From Heterodontus francisci (lineage: Eukaryota), in the NCBI RefSeq assembly GCF_036365525.1, contig NC_090399.1, forward strand, positions 13,515,558 through 13,579,557: a stretch of 64,000 nucleotides of DNA. The letters run 5' to 3'. Under the pieces are notes generated by a model. That model saw nothing but the letters and a program-made list of their open reading frames with translations. It ran no database searches and was not told the origin of the DNA. The position numbers and the translations under genes were made by a program. Below are positions 10,200-20,830 of the stretch, in pieces. Within the stretch, counting starts at the first letter, position 1; the number at the start of each line of letters is the position of its first letter.

Positions 10200-12450
10200 T
10201 TTCTAAAGTTGCCAAATTAAGTAGGCCAGATATAACACCATGATACCCAAAACCACTATCAGGACATGGGAGATAATTCTAAACCAGGGGTGTATCTGCA
10301 CGTCTGACCCCCAGTTCCATATTCCTCCTGCCAGGTAGAATCATTTATCTCGTCAATCTCATCTTGTTGCATCTTTGACTGTTGTTCCAAATTGTATTAC
10401 ACTACAGCAATGACTTCTAGCTGCTGTCTCTCTTTACCCAAGCGTGTGGGCAATGGCTGAATAGTCAAATCCTCCTTAATACTTTCTGTCACAGTTATTG
10501 TTTCTGTCTTTTGCTTATGTATCTGTACCAACGCCATCTTCCCTACTCGGGTTGGTATTTGTGGGTTGAACCAAAATGTACTGTTGCTCACCGGCCAAGT
10601 CTGTTTATGTCCATACTGGTACTCCTTCGCTGTGGTGGTTAAGCAATATCTCCCCTTTCCCATATAGACCACATGGGCTAGCCCTGACAATGCTTTCCTA
10701 GTCTCCATGGTGTAATTTACAGTGGCATTAAATCCACATTTTGATTCTGCCATTTTATCCATAGGATGAGGACATATGACCACCTGGTTTTCCAGACTAC
10801 ACTCAGACAATGGACAATGTTGCTCCAATTACCTCTTTTCCATTTTCCATAACATAGGGTAATATATCATTGTATTTTATGTAATCTTTTCCCCTTATCA
10901 CCCCTATATTTTCTACTTTGTTCTATAAAGCTGATCCTGGCCTCTAAATCTAGTGGCACCCATGGCATTGGCAGCCTGCTACATTACAATCTTACTTAAT
11001 ACACTATACATATTTCTTGCCTGTTCCGTACAATATTCCGGCATTTGAGATATTGACCAGGACAGGCACAATCTCATGTTTAACATTATCATACAACGCT
11101 TCCCCTGGGCTCAATGTACCCACACACATCCATGTTCCTTTCAACTTTCCTTATCATCTGTTGCCCAATGGGGGGGGCACAAATAATTCCAAAGACACAG
11201 CTCTCAGTTACCCCGTCCCCTTTCTGTCTGGTCACGCAGTTAGCACGGTCATCTGAGGAACACCGTACACACTTCCCATCCAACATGTTGTGCAATGCCC
11301 CATAGTTCATATAGTCCATATTAATACTCCTTTCATTAATCTGTTGTGCATCCATTACCGGGTCTTTGTTCTTCCTCTCCGGATATTAGCATCAGGCCCC
11401 ACAGCCACTGCAGTCCGGTTCTTCCCCATTCGCCACTAGTGGTTATATCTGTAATTTAAACACACTGCCCTGGTGGTCACCAGGTGTTAGTACTTGTCCA
11501 TGTTGTGAGTATCCCCCGATGAGGGATACATGTCTACCTGTGGGGACCGAACATGTCCTGGGGAATCCAGGAGTTAATTTATATTCTTATCATCTCTACT
11601 CTTTTGAAATTATCTATATGGTCCTGTTGTGCTCGGGTTTCGTTCCCCACAATCCTTGCCCAGTTAGTAACCCATCTAATAATAATCCAAATGCCTATCA
11701 ATACTACCATTATTCCCTTGATTATATTTTTTCAGTTGGGACCATGTATTTCTATCGGCCCTTCCCTTTACCATTACTTTGTCTCCCACAACAGGCACCT
11801 TTGTCTGTTCCTCTATCATGTTTCTATAGAACTTCCTGCCTCACCTTGTGCAGTTGTCTGCACAGCTCCTTCACAAATCTTTAACCCTTTCTCTTGCGGG
11901 TCCTATTTCCTCACTACCTGCTACGTCATACCTTGGCAGTCTCATCACCCTTCCTGTCACCGTATTCATCAAGTCCTTTCCTACTTTAGCTACACCACTC
12001 TGTCCTTTTTGTTCCTTTTTCAAAATATCCTTTACTAGCTGACTAAGTGTTCTCACATTCTGGTCCACATTTTCCAAATCTATAGTATTGACAATTGAAG
12101 TTCCCTTATTAAGGACTGTGGCTGCGTCATTCACTAAACTATGTTTATGTCTCTTTCCCTTTATTATTCCCTCATTACCAAATTCCTGTCTCAGCAATTG
12201 TTACAGTAACCTTGTACAACTCTCGGTTCTTCTCAGGGCACCAGCCAGGTAGCTGGATATCTGAGGTATTCAATATTACCGGTACCAACTCAAGTTTTAT
12301 GTTATCATATACAATTTTATTAGTTTTTATTATCGCAAGTCCATTTTCTGGTCCTGTAGTCAAGGCCGGGCAAGGGAGACCAGATACTTGTGGCTGTTGG
12401 GTCGTAACCTTACTTGTTAGTAATTAAAATGTGGGGGTAATCGTGGTGAT
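10200..12450 (-). pseudogene. env: Decayed envelope / class I fusion glycoprotein (F-type env)
   Basis: Fragments occur in order: GLAIIKTNKIVY..VPVILN..WCP; RHKH|SLVNDAATVLNKGTSIVNTIDLENVDQNVRTL (cleavage site, fusion peptide, heptad); LSECSLENQVVICP..KCGFNATVN..YCLTT; NLEQQSKMQQDEIDEIND; WNWG..HPWFRIISHVLIVVLGIMVLYLAYLIW (TM at ~10211-10278). Many stops and frameshifts. Confidence 0.75.
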
Positions 12451-13529
12451 TGGAGCTTGTTGTCCGTTTAATAAATTTTGAATGCTGGTTTGATTGTTGG
12501 CTCTTTCCCTTGTGCACCCCCCCAATGATTTTGACACAAAAGGTCCCTTGAGGGCCTTTGCTGTCAAAAGCTGACACACCTGGTAGATTAAATTGCCTAC
12601 TAAAATAAAAGCAAAATACTGCAGATGCTGAAAATTGTCTCATTGATAAAGATGCTGTGATATTTGATGTCTGCAATTAAGGTCACATGGCCTGTCGTCA
12701 CCTGCTTAAAAACAACCCACAAAGAATCCACTGTGGCTCTGCCCCTGAGCCCAATGGGTTAATTTGTCCAATTCTATCTGTCAATTTAGAAATTTAAAAT
12801 TGAACAATGTCCAATATGTATAAATTTTACTTTCAGCAATGCAAAATTGTGTGGTGGGTTAAATGGAAAAACAGTAGCTGCAGCGGGGGTTTTTTTTTCC
12901 AAGGGACGGAGCAAAATCATCTCAGCTGCGTCACTTTACAAAACCTTTTTCTTCTCTGATCGGAAGAAAAACCACACTCCATTTTAATCTATTTTTTTCA
13001 ATCCTTTTGGTATCCTTTGGGTTGCTCGCCTTTGAAGTTGAAAATGCCACAAATTCTTCCGTTGCTTTCCAAATAACAAATCACATCTGCACACTTACAC
13101 TGGTATTCCACTGTCATGCCACATATTCTGAACTCTCAGGTGATGTTATCAAAAGATCAAATATCAGCGGTGAAGAAAAGGGGGGGGGTGCTGGTGGTGA
13201 TCTGAGATCTTTGCTTACCTCCCCCTGCAGGGTCCTGATGTCTCAGGTTATGGCCTGACTTTCAAATGTAGCTCTCTTAAAAACTCATATCTCCAAGAGA
13301 AAACTATCAATTGCTAATCTTATCTACACTTTCCTGACTTTCACTGGAAAATTCGAGGCTTCTTGGAAATTAGCTGTTTATTTCACTATTTGTTTATCCC
13401 CAGAATTCCTTTATTAGCGCTTGCATCAGCCAGATCTGATTGCCAATTCCCATTAATTATAATTCTTTAACAAAAACAAGAAATGCTGGAATCGCTCAGC
13501 AGGTCTGGCAGCATCTGTGGAAAGAGAAG

Positions 13530-13571
13530 CAGAGTTAACGTTTCGGGTCAGTGACCCTTCTTCGGAACTGA
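13530..13571 (-). ncRNA. Minimal hammerhead ribozyme motif (Penelope pLTR)
   Basis: Reverse complement of the 15293-15334 motif. Confidence 0.6.
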
Positions 13572-15292
13572 CAAATATTAGAAAAGTCACAGATTATAAA
13601 CAAGTGAGGTGGGGGTTGGGCAAGAGATAACAAAGGAGAAGGTGCAGATTGGACTAGGCCACATAGCTGACCAAAAGGTCACGGAGCAAAGGCAAACAAT
13701 ATGTTAATGGTGTGTTGAAAGACAAAGCATTAGTACAGATTAGGTGTGAATATACTGAATATTGAACAGCAGCAAGTGCAAACCTGAAGAAAAACAACCT
13801 GAAAAAAACAGTGGGTAAGCAAACTGAACAAACTAAGATGAAATGAAATAAATGCAAAAAAAGATTGTAAAAAATGTAAAAAGGAATGTAAAAAAAAAAG
13901 GAAGAAAAAATAACTAAAAATGACTAAAAATGAAAGTAAAGTGGGGGGCTGTCATGCTCTGAAATTATTGAACTCAATGTTCAGTCCGGCAGGCTGTAGT
14001 GTGCCTAATCGGTAGATGAGATGCTGTTCCTCGAGCTTGCGTTGATGTTCACTGGAACACTGCAGCAATCCCAGGACAGAGATGTGAGCATGAGAGCAGG
14101 GGGGAGTGTTGAAATGGCAAGCAACCGGAAGCTCAGGGTCCTGCTTGCAGACTGAGCGGAGATGTTCCGCAAAGCGGTCACCCAGTCTGCGCTTGGTCTC
14201 CCCAATGTAGAGGAGACCACACTGTGAGCAGCGAATACAGTATACTACATTGAAAGAAGTACAAGTAAATCGCTGCTTCACCTGAAAGGAGTGTTTGGGG
14301 CCTGGGATAGTGAGGAGAGAGGAGTTAAATGGGCAGGTATTACACCTCCTGCGATTGCAAGGGAAGGTGCCCTGGGACGGGGACGAGGTGGTGGGGGTAA
14401 TGGAGGAGTGGACCAGGGTGTCGCGGAGGGAACGATCCCTTCGGAATGCTGACAGGGGAAGGGAGGGGAAGATGCGACTGGTAGTGGCATCACGCTGGAG
14501 GTGGCGAAAATGGCGGAGGATGATACCTGCCCATTTACCTCCTGTCTCCTCACTATCCCAGGCCCCAAACACTCCTTTCAGGTGAAGCAGCGATTTACTT
14601 GTACTTCTTTCAATGTAGTATACTGTATTCGCTGCTCACAGTGTGGTCTCCTCTACATTGGGGAGACCAAGCGCAGACTGGGTGACCGCTTTGCGGAACA
14701 TCTCCGCTCAGTCTGCAAGCAGGACCCTGAGCTTCCGGTTGCTTGCCATTTCAACACTCCCCCCTGCTCTCATGCTCACATCTCTGTCCTGGAATTGCTG
14801 CATTGTTCCAGTGAACATCAACGCAAGCTCGAGGAACAGCATCTCATCTACCGATTAGGCACACTACAGCCTGCCGGACTGAACATTGAGTTCAATAATT
14901 TCAGAGCATGACAGCCCCCCACTTTACTTTCATTTTTAGTCATTTTTAGTTATTTTTTCTTCCTTTTTTTTTTACATTCCTTTTTACATTTTTTACAATC
15001 TTTTTTTGCATTTATTTCATTTCATCTTAGTTTGTTCAGTTTGCTTACCCACTGTTTTTTTCAGGTTTTTTTTTCTTCAGGTTTGCACTTGCTGCTGTTC
15101 AATATTCAGTATATTCACACCTAATCTGTACTAATGCTTTGTCTTTCAACACACCATTAACATATTGTTTGCCTTTGCTCCGTGACCTTTTGGTCAGCTA
15201 TGTGGCCTAGTCCAATCTGCACCTTCTCCTTTGTTATCTCTCGCCCAACCCCCACCTCACTTGTTTATAATCTGTGACTTTTCTAATATTTG

Positions 15293-15334
15293 TCAGTTCC
15301 GAAGAAGGGTCACTGACCCGAAACGTTAACTCTG
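15293..15334 (+). ncRNA. Minimal hammerhead ribozyme motif (Penelope pLTR)
   Basis: CAGTT-CCGAAGA-AGGGTC-ACT-GACCC-GAAA-CGTT-AACT: core C(U/C)GANGA, stem II, GAAA and a palindromic ACGT in place of helix III. Confidence 0.6.
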
Positions 15335-17544
15335 CTTCTCTTTCCACAGATGCTGCCAGACCTGCTGAGTGATTCCAGCATTTCTTGTTTTTGTTTCAGA
15401 TTTCCAGCATCCGCAGTATTTTGCTTTTAATTATAATTCTTTCTCATTTTGAGCCCTGGAGAACCTTTACAATTAATATTCATAATTCCTTAAAACAGAA
15501 ATCAAACATTTCCATTTGATTCCAGACATTAGTGTATATTGTTTATGTTTTTTTTTTACCTTAGATGACATTTTAATTCCTTAAATAACTTGCCAAATTA
15601 AACTGGATTTTTGACATCTCAGATTATTCCAAATTCAAATAACAGTAAATTTCCCTTTGAATGCTTTGAATAACCACTCATATCAATTTAATTTTGTTTA
15701 TCGATTCCAATTTCTTATGCCCAGACTTGGTTGTACTTTTTGTACGTTAAGGACAGAAGTGCTTGCAACTATCTCTCCTTCTCAAGCACTTTGTCTCATT
15801 GATAAGGATGGTTGCAGCAGGGTTAATTTCTTGCTTGTCTCCAAGGGGGCGGAGCAAAGCATTCTCCGCTGCGTTGCTTTACGTAACCTTTTTTTTATCG
15901 AAAAGAACTAAACTCCATTTTAAATGGTTTTTGGTATCCTTAGGATTTTCAAACAACGAAATCTTTAATAACATTATCAACTTCAAGAAAGGATTATCAA
16001 CTCCATCAGGAAAGACAGCATTTTAGATTAAACTCCAATTGTTTCCAAACTTATTTTTTCATCTTTTATAAGAGGTTTCTAATCCAAGGATCATTTTTTT
16101 TTTAACAAAGATGATTCCAAATTCCAATTCACTGCAATAATATTTAAAATCAAAACTGCCAATATTATATGAGTGAGTCCTCTGTCCGGAACCGAAGACT
16201 CCTCCAAAACATGACATAATAAACTTGAAAGTTCATTGTGGCAACAAATGAAATTTCCAGTTCTTCAACTTAAACAGGTCAATTAACCTTAATAGTATTA
16301 ATTCAATTCAGACTTATTAACTTATACTACTTATTAACTACACACAGAACAGAATAGCACGTGCTTATTTTAAAAGATAGGTAAATTACGTCATTTTCTT
16401 GTTCTTCAGGCACCTTTCAAATGACTGTAATAAAACCAAAAACTAAAGAAAAAGTTATTTAACATTCTTAACACAAAATATTTAACACCAGCTTCTTAAA
16501 CAAACTTTAAACAGACAGAATCTTTCCTATATCTCCTTTGTTTATCCTTCTCTCCCTTAAACCAATATTCAATTCCTGACATTTGCTACTTAAAACAGTC
16601 AGTAAAACATGTCTTTAATTTAAACTCCAAAGAAAAACTAGAACAGATTTTAGACTGGAATTCCAATTGAAGCAGGAGTGGTACACTTCAAATTGGATTT
16701 CTGCCAAACATCTTCAGACCTTCAAGGCTGAAGCTTATCTCTTACAAAATTGTTCCTTGCCTTTTCACAGTTGCAAAACCAGCTTTTAAAATCAAAATAA
16801 ATTTTTTAACTTAAAATATAATTCAATTTTATGTCCCATTCCTGGGTGCACAACACTAAATCGAAATGAACACACTCAACAATCACTTTTCACACTCATT
16901 CAATTCCAAACAACTTCAAAAATTGATTTCTGTAATGGGTTACGAATTCAAAATACCAAATCTCTTTCAAAATTCCCTGTCCCGATGTCAAGGAACACAC
17001 ACAGGTTCAACTAATTCACATCCAAAACATGACTCAAGGTTCCCACAAAATATACACTTGTAAAAATAGAAAAAGTAACAGACTCATTCTCTCATCATTA
17101 AGGCCAGACAACAAAGAGTTAATGACAGTCAGTTTTACAGAACACAAGCTCTACAGAACACAAGTTGTCCATCGCAGACATTCAATTCATTCGCGGAAGC
17201 TTCCAACATTCTCACATTCAAATCAAAGACACAGTAACTTGTAAGGGGGCAACCCTTCCTCCTTATAAGCCGTCAAGCCCATTCTTCCTTCTACTTTCTC
17301 AAACCCTAGCTCTTTTCTATGAATCAAGCAGCATTAAAACGAAAGAAAACAAACAAGACACAAGAAAACGAATAGACACAGTAACAGAAACAAAGGACGA
17401 ACCACACACAAGGAGACGAACAGGCGCAGTCAATGTTGGGATCAACAGACTTTTTAGAGTCTTTTGGTTTCCCCCTTCACTAATCGGTATTCCTAATTTA
17501 AGGGCGTTTTCTTGCCAACTTGATAGGAGGATTCTATTTTTTTT

Positions 17545-17802
17545 TCTCCTGACAATATTGTCTCCATAATCCAATTAATTCTTTGGCCCTATTGCCTTTA
17601 TTTTGTTTCCAGATTTTTTCTTGGGGTTTTTTTTTAAAATTACTTACAAGTCTTTTGTCCCCCTTAAGGGCCATTGGCCTCCTAATTTCTTATTTAAGGC
17701 TGCCGATAATTGTCTGAAGTCTTTCCCTTTATCCGGATATTTATCACACAGTACTTGTAATGGATAGGATGGATCACTTGTATTATCTAAACAGTTTCCC
17801 AT
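17545..17802 (-). pseudogene. gag: Retroviral Gag matrix (MA)-like remnant
   Basis: Hand translation from ATG 17802: MGNCLDNTSDPSYPLQVLCDKYPDKGKDFRQLSAALNKKLGGQWPLRGTKDL*... It has an MG myristoylation start and a WPxxGT motif, with a stop at 17644-17646. Lies downstream of the PBS and leader. Confidence 0.6.
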
Positions 17803-17807
17803 ATTCA

Positions 17808-18145
17808 CAACTATTATCACAAACTATAATTACAACTATTATTACAAACTATTATTACTTACAAATTATCTAAACAGTTACTCACAATAAAAAATAAAAC
17901 CTTAATCTCAGTCGTTCTAAAACAGCCTCGCATAACCTTCAGTCACGACCTACTTTAACCTTCAGTCGTAGTCAATACGACCTACTTTAATTCTACCTCA
18001 GTCCCCATCAGCCGTCCTCTAAAGAAACAGACTAAACCTGAGTGTCAGCCGTTCTAAAATGACACTGACTTTAATCAACCTTCAGTCGTAGCTTAATACA
18101 ACCTACTTTAAGCTTAACCTCAGTCGTACCTACTTCGACTGACCC
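17808..18145. repeat. Short imperfect tandem repeats in the ERV leader
   Basis: (ACAAACTATTATT)n-like run at ~17808-17875 and recurring AACCTTCAGTCGTA / ACCTACTTTAA units at ~17900-18140. Confidence 0.6.
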
Positions 18146-18338
18146 TTATCTTTTCTAATCCGCCAGACTGATCATTGATCTCGTCCAGACGAGTGGTCAA
18201 ACTTTTATCGGACTACGAGACAGGGGAAAACCGGCGTGGTCACACATCAACTACTCACGTCAGGGGCCCATTTCCTCTCTCTCCGTCCTCTACTAGTCTG
18301 ATTCTGATTTCGCTGATGATCGGCGGTCGTCTGTTGAG

Positions 18339-18356
18339 ATCCCACTCCTGACACCA
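18339..18356 (-). other. Primer-binding site complementary to the tRNA-Leu 3' end
   Basis: Minus strand TGGTGTCAGGAGTGGGAT lies 3 nt after the 5' LTR. It matches the ATCCCACTCCTGACA-CCA end of vertebrate tRNA-Leu(CAG). Confidence 0.85.
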
Positions 18357-18359
18357 AAA

Positions 18360-19141
18360 TGTAAATCTGAGTTCTTTTTGCCTTCAGTCTGGTTCAGTAA
18401 ATATACCGAGTCGGATGTGTAGGTAAAATCAATTACTTTATTTGCGCATTTAGCCGGCTGACTTACTCTAATACAACGACACTGACTCCACCCAGAGTCT
18501 GTCTGGTCCACCAGAGTAAGTGTTGTTCGTGATACAGATACTACTGTTTATACATTAAGATTCATGCTACACCCCCTTGTTTAACCAATCAGTGCAGTAC
18601 AATTTAAATTTCAACCAGGTGATAACGTGGAGTACATTTGTTACTGAGGTTAACAATACCCTCTATTCTCAATACATACTTGTTACTAACATGATATTGT
18701 TTTGCATCAGCAAGATAAAAGAAAACAGACAAGAAAGATAATTAGCAAAAGCAGAGGTATGAGAAACAACATTCTGGTTTCGCTTCCCACAATTGTCATG
18801 AGTCCTGTGATCCTGTTATCTTTATCAAGTTGCAGCCTGCAGTAACACCAAGCAGTAGTCGTATCATATACGAGGGGCCCTATATTCCTTATCATCACTC
18901 ACACAGGGATGGACAGCATGTTTCACAGGAGTCCATTTGTTTCAAACCACAGGGAGTCACACAATCAGGCCATAAAAGAACCGATGTCGGCTAGTCTTTA
19001 CAATCTCACACTCTGCCTTTACTTTTAACTATTTCATTGTGGTTTCTGCCACTTAAAATCAAAGCTTAGCAAAGCTACTATTCCTAACTTGGCTATATTT
19101 CCCATTAAGCTTAGGGCCATGCCTTTCTGCTCACTTCCACA
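18360..19141 (-). repeat. 5' LTR of the ERV-like element
   Basis: TG..CA termini, followed by the PBS and flanked by the TTAC TSD. Confidence 0.9.
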
Positions 19142-19267
19142 TTACTAGTTCAGTGATATTACCTGCACCAAAGGAGGGGTCGGCACTGATCCAGCCTCCC
19201 CTCCCAGGTGTCTCCATTGCGTCCGTCCCGAGTCTTTAAATAGAAATGTAGCTGCGGCTTTCGCATC

Positions 19268-19774
19268 ATGGGATCAGCTTGCCTCAGACGAGTCGCAATG
19301 CCCCGGTTACCCCGAGCCCCCGCCGGCAATGCCCCGCGGAAGAAGCAGCAGCAGCAGCGGAAACTCCGCCCTTACCGGCGCCAGCGGAAGAAATACGTGC
19401 GGATCTCGCAGCTGATCCTGCAGGCGCTGTCGGCCCGCAAGCAGCGGGGCGGCCTCTCGCTGGCCTCCCTCCGGAAGGCGCTGCTGGCCAGCGGCTACGA
19501 CGCGGAGAGTAACATGAACCGGGTCCAGCTGGCCATCAAGAGCCTGGTGAGCAGCGGCACCCTGGTGCAGACCAAGGCCACCGGCTCCTTCAAGCTCAGC
19601 GAGAGGCAGGAGCAGCTGTCGGCGGAGAGCGGGCGGGCCGAGCTCCCGGCCAAGGAGGAAGGGCCGGCGCCCGCCGCCGCCGCCGCCAGCACCGGAGAGG
19701 AGGCGAACGCCGGCAAGAAGCCCAGGAAAAGACGCGCCGAGGGGAAGGCGAAACCGAGAAAGCCCAAGAAGTGA
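19268..19774 (+). CDS. H1: Divergent H1-like protein (168 aa; likely start at ATG 19298, MPRLPR), copy 1
   Basis: ISQLILQALSARKQRGGLSLASLRKALLASGYD..LAIKSLVSSGTLVQTKATGSFKL. TTTAAATA at 19235-19242 and a stem-loop at 19820-19835. Confidence 0.88.
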   Translation: MGSACLRRVAMPRLPRAPAGNAPRKKQQQQRKLRPYRRQRKKYVRISQLILQALSARKQRGGLSLASLRKALLASGYDAESNMNRVQLAIKSLVSSGTLVQTKATGSFKLSERQEQLSAESGRAELPAKEEGPAPAAAAASTGEEANAGKKPRKRRAEGKAKPRKPKK

Positions 19775-19819
19775 TCTGGGAGGAAACCGACGAATCTTAG
19801 GCAATTTCTGAACACAAAA

Positions 19820-19835
19820 GGCTCTTTTGAGAGCC
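19820..19835 (+). terminator. Histone 3' stem-loop
   Basis: GGCTCTTTTGAGAGCC. Confidence 0.88.
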
Positions 19836-20830
19836 ACAAAAACCCCAAAAGCGCTGAGCCAGCTTTTTTCTCTCTCCAATCCACATAAATAAATAAAAGA
19901 GAGGAAAATTCAGGTTTAATTAATGCTGACTACACAGCCGTGCTGTGTATAACATCAGGGAATCAATTTACAGTTTTCTGGTCCAGAAAGAAAATGAATG
20001 TTTTGCTCAGAGTAAATGAGAAACTGTTTCCAGCAGCGGGAGGGTCGGTAACAAAAAGATTTAAGATAAATTAGATTAACCAGATTCAACACAGCGAGTT
20101 GCTATGATCTGGAATGCGCTGCTTGAAAAGGGAGATAGAAATAGCTTCAATCTGAAAAGGGCATTGGAAAAATACATGAGGGAAATGTTGTAGGGGGTTA
20201 ATTATATAGTTCTTTCAGAGGTCGAATGCTGTATCATTCTATGACTAATTCCACTAAAACTATGTTCATAGTTGTCTTATCTCCTCAAAACACTGTTCTG
20301 TAAGTGACCATTCATCCTCTGACTTCGCCACACAGTTTCCCGCGACAGCAACAGCCTCCTTCACTTCTCATAACCAGATTCATCCTTTTTGTTTCATTCG
20401 AAGCTCACACAACTTCCCTTGGTGTAGTATCAGGAATGACGGAACTTTGACCTCTTGATCGAACTGTAAATCCACCTTTCAGTTCGGAGGACTTGACGCC
20501 GCTCACAAGTGTGAACCAGTGGCACATGCTGTGCCTTTACGGGGTGACCCCATAGTTTAGACATTAGACGGAGTAAGTCAGTAACTGTTATATTTATGGA
20601 AGAATACAAATAAGGCTTGGCACTGCACCAGCCTGAGAATGACAGCCGACAATTCAAAGCAATCCTTCATCGGTTGCCATTCTTGACCTGACGGTTTCCA
20701 CTGGTCTCAGATCGCCAACATCTGCATTGTCAAAGCCACCTTCCAGATGTTTGGCCGGTCATCACAGCCCCGGGATGTTATTGCAGGGAGATGACTCACC
20801 CCCTTCCCAACTCGCCCAAAGCCCTCTTCA

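Larger units (their letters stand above)
13469..15426. mobile_element. 5'-truncated Penelope-like element in inverted (palindromic) configuration, GIY-YIG endonuclease
   Basis: NVVYCIRCSQCGLLYIGETKRRLGDRFAEH..GLN on both strands (13952-14572 -, 14501-14911 +). Arms of ~870 bp (13469-14340 and 14523-15395). TSD TTAATTATAATTCTTT at 13453-13468 and 15427-15442. Confidence 0.92.
8046..19141 (-). mobile_element. Endogenous retrovirus-like LTR element, non-autonomous (gag-MA and env remnants, no pol seen)
   Basis: Two TG..CA LTRs (8046-9180 and 18360-19141), TTAC TSD at 8042-8045 and 19142-19145, PBS at 18339-18356, PPT at 9181-9192. Confidence 0.9.

Noticed and set aside
14278-14585. Mirror-image 96-aa ORFs on both strands
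   Set aside because: A by-product of the Penelope inverted-repeat junction.
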